Shown piece by piece: positions 25,415 to 32,375 of a stretch of DNA of 46,838 nucleotides. Position numbers and translations under genes: made by a program. The notes beneath the pieces are model-generated. The model searched no databases and was not told the DNA's origin. It saw only the letters and a program-made list of their open reading frames with translations. Within the stretch, counting starts at the first letter, position 1. The number at the start of each line of letters is the position of its first letter. Origin of the DNA: Clostridia bacterium (GTDB lineage: Bacteria; Bacillota; Clostridia; UBA1212; UBA1255); the NCBI GenBank assembly GCA_017963755.1, contig JAGCTF010000174.1, positions 1 through 46,838 on the forward strand, in the 5' to 3' direction.

Positions 25415-26467
25415 ATGAGCAAACACAACATCATCATTGTCGGCTGCGGCGCCATCACGTTCCGCTGGCTGGACCACATCACCAAACGCGACGACTGCAA
25501 AGTGCTTGCACTTGTCGACAGAAACGTTGACAACGCGATCAACTACCGCGACCGCTACGGCCTTGACTGCAACATCTATACGAGCGAAAAAGAAGCTCTC
25601 GAGAAGGAGAAGGGCAATCTTCTTATCGACCTTACGTTCGTCACGGCGCATTGCGAGATCGTAACTACCGCTCTTAAAGCAGGCTACGACGTTTTCGGTG
25701 AAAAACCGATGGCCTTCACGGTAGATCAGGTCAACGAGATCTTAAAGACAGTCGACGAGACCGGTAAACATTACTTCGTTATGCAGAACCGCCGCTTCAT
25801 CGACCGCGTAGGAAAGATCCGCGAACTCGTAAAATCAGGCCTGCTTGGTGAACCGACGCTGCTTAGCGGCTCGATCTACGTAAACGCTGACATGGGCAGC
25901 ATCCGTAACAACCTTAAATACCCTCAGCTCCAGGACAATAACATTCACAGCTTCGATATGGCCCGCTACCTCGTCGACGGCAAGCCTACTTCTGTAATCT
26001 ACCACAGCTTCCGTCCGAAGGGCTCGATGTATACCGGCGACTCCGCATGCGACGCGGTGTTCGAATTTGACAACGGTGTGACGTACCTGTTCCGCGGCTA
26101 TAACGGCGCTCAGGCATGCTGGACTTCCTGGGACAACGAATGGCGCATCGACTGCGACAAGGGTTCCGTGGTTTGGGACGGTTTCGGCGACGTGCATTAC
26201 CAGTATTTTGAGCATACCAACGGCCTTCACTTCGGCGAGTGGTTCAAAGAGGGCGTGTTCGAGAAGCCGGAAGTCGTTCGCGACCAGCACGACGGAGCAC
26301 TCGAAGACCTGTTCGACGCACTTGACACCGGCCGCACTCCCGGGACTGATTGCAAGGACAACGTCTACAGTATCGCGATGGTTCTTGCCAGCATCAAGAG
26401 CATCGAGGAGAACCGCAAGGTCGAGATCGTTGTCAACGACACGTATCCGTACCTGGAGCTGAAATAA
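25415..26467 (+). CDS. Gfo/Idh/MocA family oxidoreductase (IolG-like dehydrogenase)
   Basis: 'HNIIIVGCGAITFRWLDHI...ALVDRNVDNA' Rossmann start and 'GEKPMA' (the EKP motif). Length is ~350 aa. Confidence 0.85.
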   Translation: MSKHNIIIVGCGAITFRWLDHITKRDDCKVLALVDRNVDNAINYRDRYGLDCNIYTSEKEALEKEKGNLLIDLTFVTAHCEIVTTALKAGYDVFGEKPMAFTVDQVNEILKTVDETGKHYFVMQNRRFIDRVGKIRELVKSGLLGEPTLLSGSIYVNADMGSIRNNLKYPQLQDNNIHSFDMARYLVDGKPTSVIYHSFRPKGSMYTGDSACDAVFEFDNGVTYLFRGYNGAQACWTSWDNEWRIDCDKGSVVWDGFGDVHYQYFEHTNGLHFGEWFKEGVFEKPEVVRDQHDGALEDLFDALDTGRTPGTDCKDNVYSIAMVLASIKSIEENRKVEIVVNDTYPYLELK

Positions 26468-26522
26468 AGTATTGAGATAAAACCTGCAGCAATGGATATT
26501 GCAGATTGGAGATTGGATCTTT

Positions 26523-28310
26523 ATGAAAAAAACTGGCGGAGAAGTTATCGTACAAAAACTTGTTAATGAAAAAGTGCCGTACATCCTGGGCATCCCCGGC
26601 CACGGCGTTCTCGGACTGTTCGACGCGATCCGCAAAGCGGAGGCTGAAGGTAAAATCAAATACCTCCAGGTCAAGCACGAGCAGGCCGCAACAGCTATTG
26701 CCGACGGATACTACCGCGTAAAAGGCGAGCCTTTAGCAGTATTTGCCTCGATCGGTCCCGGCACACTTAACCTCTCTATCGGACTGGCAACGGCTTTCGT
26801 TGACTCCACTCCTTTCCTGGCTCTCTGCGGAGATACGCACACTAATATGTACGGCGTGGGCGTGCTTCAGGAAGTCGAAAAAAATCATGACAGCAACATT
26901 CAGCGCGCACTTGAGCCTCTGGTAAAACGCAGCTGGCGCGCCGAGACGGCCGACCAGCTTCCACGCATCATGAACAACGCGTTTAAGGAAATGCTTTCAG
27001 GGCGCCGCGGACCTTGCGCGATAACCCTTCCTATGGACGTGCAGGCTGATTCCACCGAAAAGGAGATTTCTCTGGATAAACAGCCCGTATGGCCTCTCCC
27101 GAACGCAGATAAAAAATCCGTTGACGACGCGATCGCACTGATGAAGACGGCTAAAAGGCCGCTCATATTTGTAGGCGCCGGAGCAATGCACGCGAAAGCC
27201 GGAGCACTCATTGAACGCCTGGCGGAAAAGTGGGGCGCGGCGATCATCACGACACTTGCGGCGAAAGGCACTGTTCGCGAAACACATCCTCAGTACTGCT
27301 TCCACACCGGCAGCAAGGGCACAAAGATCGGTCTCGAGATAAGCCGTTCTGCCGACGTCGTGCTCGCGCTCGGGACAAGATTCGCCGATGAATCTACATG
27401 CTCGTACCGCAAAGGGATCGCTTTCAATTTCCCGGACACGAAGCTTGTCCAGGTCGATCTCGACGGACATGAGATAGGCAAGAACTACAAAGCAGACGTG
27501 GGCGTTTTCTCTGACGTAGTTTCGTTCCTGGAGGCACTCGAAGCGGCTGCTCCTGATTTCAGTGTTAACAAAGCGTACCTCGATGAGATCGCACAGAAGC
27601 GCTCCGACTGGTTCGCGTTCGTAGCTGATAAACATAAGGTCCGCACGAAAGAGTTCACTATTTCGCGCCTCATCGGAACTTTATCCGAAACGCTGCCCGA
27701 TAACACGATCATTTCCACGTCTTCGGGCAATACACAGGCTCAGCTCTTCCAGGAGTACTGCTACAAAGAGCGCTATTGCAACCTTACGACCGGCGGCTTC
27801 TCCACCATGGGCTGGGCAATGCCGGCGGCGTTCGGCGCAAAGCTCGCTGCTCCCGACAGGCCTGTCGTGGCGCTGGTAGGAGACGGAGACTTTATGATGG
27901 TGATGCAGGAGCTTTCTACCGCTGCTCAGTATCGCATCCCGGTCGTTACGATCGTTGCGGATAACCGCGGCTGGATGGCAATTAAGGACCTGCAGACCGA
28001 CGTTCTGGGCATCGAAAACACGTTCGGCAACGATTTCGAACAATGCGGCAAACCTTATGCTCCCGATTTCAAGAAAGTAGCCGAAGGCTTCAACATCAAA
28101 GCTTACCGCGCGGAGAACGAAGCTGAACTGAAAGACGCGATCAAAGATGCGCTCGCTCAGGACGGTCCTTCGCTTATACACGTTCCCGTATCTTCTGAAT
28201 TCCCGTATTCCGGCGGCGAAGCGTTCGGATGGTGGGACGTTCCGATCCCGGGATACATGGAAGAAAAAAGAAAGGCGTACGAAAATGCCGTCAGAGAAGA
28301 AACAGTTTGA
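26523..28310 (+). CDS. thiamine-diphosphate-dependent enzyme of the acetolactate synthase superfamily, IolD-like (3D-(3,5/4)-trihydroxycyclohexane-1,2-dione acylhydrolase-like)
   Basis: ThDP motif 'GDGDFMMVMQELSTA...DNRGW'. The insertion after the 'LQEVE' segment and the C-terminal tail 'GWWDVPIPGYMEEKRKAYENAVREE' resemble B. subtilis IolD ('SWWHVGVAEVSEQESVQKAYEAKEKK', from my memory of that sequence). Superfamily assignment is secure; the IolD subfamily assignment is moderate. Confidence 0.7.
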   Translation: MKKTGGEVIVQKLVNEKVPYILGIPGHGVLGLFDAIRKAEAEGKIKYLQVKHEQAATAIADGYYRVKGEPLAVFASIGPGTLNLSIGLATAFVDSTPFLALCGDTHTNMYGVGVLQEVEKNHDSNIQRALEPLVKRSWRAETADQLPRIMNNAFKEMLSGRRGPCAITLPMDVQADSTEKEISLDKQPVWPLPNADKKSVDDAIALMKTAKRPLIFVGAGAMHAKAGALIERLAEKWGAAIITTLAAKGTVRETHPQYCFHTGSKGTKIGLEISRSADVVLALGTRFADESTCSYRKGIAFNFPDTKLVQVDLDGHEIGKNYKADVGVFSDVVSFLEALEAAAPDFSVNKAYLDEIAQKRSDWFAFVADKHKVRTKEFTISRLIGTLSETLPDNTIISTSSGNTQAQLFQEYCYKERYCNLTTGGFSTMGWAMPAAFGAKLAAPDRPVVALVGDGDFMMVMQELSTAAQYRIPVVTIVADNRGWMAIKDLQTDVLGIENTFGNDFEQCGKPYAPDFKKVAEGFNIKAYRAENEAELKDAIKDALAQDGPSLIHVPVSSEFPYSGGEAFGWWDVPIPGYMEEKRKAYENAVREETV

Positions 28311-29148
28311 CCAAAAAACAACTATGAAGGCCGCGGCGGAAATACGAAAAGGGTGCATACGCGCCCTTGCCGCCGCCGGATCCGGACATATCGGGGGAAG
28401 TATGTCGCTGGCGGAAATCCTGGCAGTACTGTACACCGATATATTGAATATCGATCCGAAAAACCCTCACATGGAAGAGCGCGACTGGGTGGTGCTTTCT
28501 AAAGGCCACTGCGGTCCTGCGCTGTACTCTACGCTCGCGTATAAAGGCTATTTTCCGGAGGATGAGCTGCTGACGCTTAACAAGGGCGGCACGAATCTGC
28601 CGAGCCACTGCGACAGGCTTAAGACGGTAGGGATCGACATCAGCACTGGCTCTCTCGGGCAGGGACTGTCTCTGGCTGCGGGCGTGGCGCTCGGGAAAAG
28701 GCTTCAGAATATTCCCGGAAACGTATATGCGATCGTAGGCGACGGCGAACTGCAGGAAGGCCAGAACTGGGAAGCGCTGATGTTCATTGCCCACCGCAAA
28801 CTTACGAATATCGTAGTTATCGTTGATAACAATAAACGCCAGCTCGACGGATACGTTGACGACATCTGCCGCGAAGAGGATCTTAAAGCAAAATTCGAGG
28901 CTTTCGGGTTCAACACGCTTCGCGTTGACGGACACGACGTAAACGCACTTTACGGTGCTTTCTGTGCCGTGCTGAATTCCGACAGGCCCGCAGCTGTTAT
29001 TTGCGATACCGAAAAGGGTCACGGAGTTAGTCTTTCGGAGATAGACGGGTTTAATCACTATATGCCCGTGAGTGAAGAGGATGCAGAAGCGGCACTTTCG
29101 GAGATCGACCGCAGACTGGAGGAAAATTATGAGCGTATTGGTCAATAA
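28285..29148 (+). CDS. transketolase, N-terminal (ThDP-binding) subunit
   Basis: 'AAGSGHIGGSMSLAEILAVLY', 'SKGHCGPALY' and 'GDGELQEGQNWEA'. The start at ATG 28285 overlaps the upstream gene by 26 nt. ATG 28324 is an alternative. Confidence 0.9.
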   Translation: MPSEKKQFDQKTTMKAAAEIRKGCIRALAAAGSGHIGGSMSLAEILAVLYTDILNIDPKNPHMEERDWVVLSKGHCGPALYSTLAYKGYFPEDELLTLNKGGTNLPSHCDRLKTVGIDISTGSLGQGLSLAAGVALGKRLQNIPGNVYAIVGDGELQEGQNWEALMFIAHRKLTNIVVIVDNNKRQLDGYVDDICREEDLKAKFEAFGFNTLRVDGHDVNALYGAFCAVLNSDRPAAVICDTEKGHGVSLSEIDGFNHYMPVSEEDAEAALSEIDRRLEENYERIGQ

Positions 29149-30103
29149 TTTTGCTTTGGACAACGTTGAGATGCGGCAGGCGTACTGCGATGCGCTGATC
29201 GCTGAAGCGGCCGTAAACGATAAGCTTATGGTGATCGACGCAGACGTGAGTCATTCGGTCGGCACGGGAAGGTTTTACAGCGCCTATCCTGACCGCGCGG
29301 TCAATTGCGGTATAATGGAAGCGCACGCCGTAGGGATGAGCGCCGGATTGTCCGCCACGGGAATGGTGCCGTTCTTCCACGCGTTCGGCGTCTTCGCTAC
29401 GCGCAGAGTATTCGACCAGATATTCATTGCCTGCGCATACCAGAACCTGAACGTTAAGATCATCGGTGCCGATCCGCGCGTCACGGCGGCAACGAACGGC
29501 GGTACGCATATGCCTTTCGAGGACCTCGGTGTGATGCGCCTGATACCCGGCGTGAAGATAATCGAACCTGCCGATTCTTCGATGTACGGACAGATCGTTC
29601 ACGCTATGGCCAATGATTACGGAGTTTACTACCTCCGCACCTCGAGGCGCAAGACGGTCCGGATCTACAAAGACAGAGTTAAATTCGAAACCGGAAAGGC
29701 GATAGAACTTTATGACGGAAAAGACGTATGCATAATCGCGTGCGGGATAATGGTCTACGAGGCGATAAAGGCGCGTGACGAACTGCTTAAGAAAGGAATA
29801 ACGGCGCGCGTGCTTGATATGCATACGATAAAACCAGTAGACCGGAAAGCTGTAATATCCGCCGCGGCTGAATGCGGCGCGATCGTAACGGCGGAAAATC
29901 ACAACGCGCTGGGCGGCCTCGGAAGCGCAGTATGTGAAGTCGTAACAGAAGAACTCCCTGTGCCCGTCGAACGCGTCGGCGTGCACGAGTCGTTCGGAGA
30001 AGTAGGTACACAGGACTATCTGCAGAAACGCTTTAAACTTACCGCCGAAGAGATCGTGAGAAAGGCGCTTATCTGCATTGAAAGGAAGGGCAGGAATATA
30101 TGA
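29129..30103 (+). CDS. transketolase, C-terminal (pyrimidine-binding plus C-terminal domain) subunit
   Basis: 'GIMEAHAVGMSAGLSATGMVPFFHAFGVFATRRVFDQI' and 'LDMHTIKPVD'. A GGAGG RBS precedes ATG 29129, which overlaps the upstream gene by 20 nt. Confidence 0.9.
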   Translation: MSVLVNNFALDNVEMRQAYCDALIAEAAVNDKLMVIDADVSHSVGTGRFYSAYPDRAVNCGIMEAHAVGMSAGLSATGMVPFFHAFGVFATRRVFDQIFIACAYQNLNVKIIGADPRVTAATNGGTHMPFEDLGVMRLIPGVKIIEPADSSMYGQIVHAMANDYGVYYLRTSRRKTVRIYKDRVKFETGKAIELYDGKDVCIIACGIMVYEAIKARDELLKKGITARVLDMHTIKPVDRKAVISAAAECGAIVTAENHNALGGLGSAVCEVVTEELPVPVERVGVHESFGEVGTQDYLQKRFKLTAEEIVRKALICIERKGRNI

Positions 30104-30705
30104 GAATAGCTGTTATCAATGAAGTATCGTCAAGAGAGAAAAATGACAAAGTTCTGGAAGCACTCAAGGGACTTCCGGATATTGAAGTGTTTAACGTCGG
30201 AATGAGTTCGCAGGGCGACGAGCCGGAACTCACGTATATTCATACGGGGCTGATGGCGGCGATCTCGTTAAATTCCGGTGCGGCAGACATGGTCGTCGGA
30301 GGCTGCGGAACGGGTCAGGGCTTCCTGATCTCTGCAATGCAATATCCCGGAGTTTTCTGCGGGCTCATTACCGAACCGCTTGACGCATGGCTGTTTTCAC
30401 AGATAAACGCAGGCAACTGCATTTCGCTTGCGCTAAATAAAGGCTTCGGCTGGGCGGCGGATATCAATCTCAAATATATTTTTGAAAAACTTTTTGCCGA
30501 TCCGATGGGTCAGGGTTATCCGCTTCACAGAGCAAAGAGCCAGGGCGAGAGCAGAGAGAAACTAAAAGACATAAACGCCGCTGCGCATAAGGATTTCCAA
30601 TCCGTGCTGAACAGCATAGATCACGAACTAATCGCACACGTTTTCACACACAGACCGTTTAAGGAGTTTATTGACAGCTATGGAAAAAATGAATTTATTT
30701 ATTAA
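30100..30705 (+). CDS. RpiB/LacA/LacB family sugar(-phosphate) isomerase, long (201-aa) form
   Basis: 'MRIAVINE...' opening and the core 'VVGGCGTGQGFLISAMQYPGVFCGL', which matches the CGTGxGxxIaANKxxGxR motif of the family. ATGA start/stop overlap with the transketolase C subunit. Confidence 0.75.
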   Translation: MRIAVINEVSSREKNDKVLEALKGLPDIEVFNVGMSSQGDEPELTYIHTGLMAAISLNSGAADMVVGGCGTGQGFLISAMQYPGVFCGLITEPLDAWLFSQINAGNCISLALNKGFGWAADINLKYIFEKLFADPMGQGYPLHRAKSQGESREKLKDINAAAHKDFQSVLNSIDHELIAHVFTHRPFKEFIDSYGKNEFIY

Positions 30706-32188
30706 TAACAAATACGTCGAATCCGCCGCGGATACTTATTATGACGTTTATAACCCGAGCACAGGCGAGATCATCGCAAAAGCTCCGAAATGCACTGAAA
30801 AAGAGGCCTCCGACGCAGTAGAAGCGGCGTACAGAGCATTTCCCGCATGGAAAGATACTCCCGTACTTAAGCGCGTACAGATCCTTCACAACGTGCGGCG
30901 CATAATGGAAGAAGAAATGGACGAACTCACCATGAGCGTTGCCCGCGAAAACGGTAAAGCCTGGGAAGAGGCGAGGGGCGACGTTCTTAAGGCTAAAGAG
31001 GCTACAGAACATGCTATTTCCATGCCTTCGCTGATGCTCGGAGATTCCATGATGAATGCTTCTTCAGGCTACGACACCGTGATGTACAGAGAGAGCGTAG
31101 GCGTCTTCCTGGGCATCGTACCGTTCAACTTCCCGGCTATGATACCGATGGGCTGGATGACACCGCTCTGCGTTGCCTGCGGCAATACGATCGTAATTAA
31201 AGCGTCGAGCTCAACTCCTATGACCGCGCTCAAATTCGCGGATATTTACAGGCGCGCAGGACTTCCCGACGGTGTCCTCAACGTCATTACGTGCGGCCGC
31301 GAAGTTACGGACGTGCTCCTGGCAGATGAAAGGATCAAGGGCGTTTCTTTCGTCGGCTCGACTAAAGTTGGCCTCCAGATCTATGAAAAAGCATCGAAGT
31401 ACGGAAAACGCGTACAGACTCTTTGCGAAGCTAAAAACCACGCGCTCGTTATGAAAGATGCTCCGATCAAACGTACCGCTGCCGGCATCATCAACGCTTC
31501 GTTCGGCTGCGCCGGTGAACGCTGCATGGCACTTCCTGTAGTAGCCGTTGAAGAGGAGATAGCCGACGAACTTGTCGCCGAGATCGTAAGACTCGCTTCT
31601 CAGATCAAAGTCGGTCCGGCTTACGATAAAACGACCAAACTCGGCCCCGTATACAGCCTTGCGCATAAACAGAAAATAATAGGCGATATCGAAAAAGGCA
31701 TTGCCGACGGCGCTGTGTGCGTTCTTGACGGCCGGAACGTTACGGTCGAGGGATTCGAAAACGGATTCTATCTCGGGCCCACGATCCTTGACCACGTCAC
31801 GAGCGATATGTACGTAGGTCAGCGGGAGATATTCGGACCGGTTCTCTGTATCAAGAGGGTCAAAGATTTTGAAGACGGTCTTCGTGTAATGAACGGCAAT
31901 CCTTTCGCAAACGGTTCGGTTATATTTACGCAGAACGGTTATTTCGCTCGCGAGTTCACCAAACGTACGGACGGAGGTATGGTAGGCGTGAACGTAGGCA
32001 TTCCCGTTCCCGTAGGTGTTTTCCCGTTCTCCGGCCATAAGAAGTCTTTCTTCGGCTCGCTTCACACTCTGGGCAAGGACGGTATGAACTTCTACACCGA
32101 TGCCAAATGTGTGACGCAGCACTGGTTCGCCGAAGAGGAGAAGGCTTCGCAGAAAGTATCCACGTGGGACGGAACGCTGAACGGATGA
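30680..32188 (+). CDS. CoA-acylating methylmalonate/malonate-semialdehyde dehydrogenase family (MmsA/IolA-like aldehyde dehydrogenase)
   Basis: Collinear similarity to B. subtilis IolA throughout, e.g. 'PFNFPAMIPMGWM', 'FVGSTKVG', 'GAGERCMA' (catalytic Cys) and 'PFSGHKKSFFGSLHTLGKDGMNFYT'. The start is ambiguous: TTG 30671, ATG 30680 or ATG 30689. Confidence 0.9.
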   Translation: MEKMNLFINNKYVESAADTYYDVYNPSTGEIIAKAPKCTEKEASDAVEAAYRAFPAWKDTPVLKRVQILHNVRRIMEEEMDELTMSVARENGKAWEEARGDVLKAKEATEHAISMPSLMLGDSMMNASSGYDTVMYRESVGVFLGIVPFNFPAMIPMGWMTPLCVACGNTIVIKASSSTPMTALKFADIYRRAGLPDGVLNVITCGREVTDVLLADERIKGVSFVGSTKVGLQIYEKASKYGKRVQTLCEAKNHALVMKDAPIKRTAAGIINASFGCAGERCMALPVVAVEEEIADELVAEIVRLASQIKVGPAYDKTTKLGPVYSLAHKQKIIGDIEKGIADGAVCVLDGRNVTVEGFENGFYLGPTILDHVTSDMYVGQREIFGPVLCIKRVKDFEDGLRVMNGNPFANGSVIFTQNGYFAREFTKRTDGGMVGVNVGIPVPVGVFPFSGHKKSFFGSLHTLGKDGMNFYTDAKCVTQHWFAEEEKASQKVSTWDGTLNG

Positions 32189-32226
32189 TATAGATCCCGT
32201 GCTTAATCCGGATAGATTTTAATTAC

Positions 32227-32255
32227 AGGCCTTCATTTAGTAAGGCCTTTTTTTA
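32227..32255 (+). terminator. rho-independent terminator closing the catabolic operon
   Basis: Stem AGGCCTT (32227-32233) / AAGGCCT (32243-32249), followed by a T7 run. Confidence 0.75.
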
Positions 32256-32284
32256 TTTACAAAACACAATTAAAAAGATATAAT
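32256..32284 (+). promoter_or_regulatory. sigma-A-like promoter for the downstream GH-like gene
   Basis: TTTACA (32256-32261), a 17-nt spacer, then TATAAT (32279-32284). It lies ~90 nt upstream of ATG 32376. Confidence 0.5.
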
Positions 32285-32375
32285 AAACGACGGAAATTTT
32301 GCCGCGTTATCTTTGAACGAATGCCGCAGTTTTTTTGGTATGATAATTGCGATCAGTATTTTAAGGGGATTGATT

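Noticed and set aside
21664-29128. Long 5' extensions of ORF-track calls (21105, 21664, 24409(-), 24497, 25385, 26499, 28147, 29072, and also 4200, 14758, 32313, 38175, 44771)
   Set aside because: The extensions overlap the preceding gene or a promoter and lack an RBS. They also precede an internal ATG that has a GGAGG-like RBS and a family-typical N-terminus. I used the internal starts; exact starts remain predictions.
26523-30705. Reading the ThDP enzyme as sulfoacetaldehyde acetyltransferase (Xsc) and the operon as a sulfoquinovose sulfo-transketolase pathway
   Set aside because: I see no sulfoquinovosidase, sulfite or isethionate exporter, sulfoacetaldehyde reductase or phosphotransacetylase in the window. 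The C-terminal 'WW...KAYE' tail and the post-'QE' insertion look more IolD-like than Xsc-like. I keep it only as an alternative to be tested by phylogeny.
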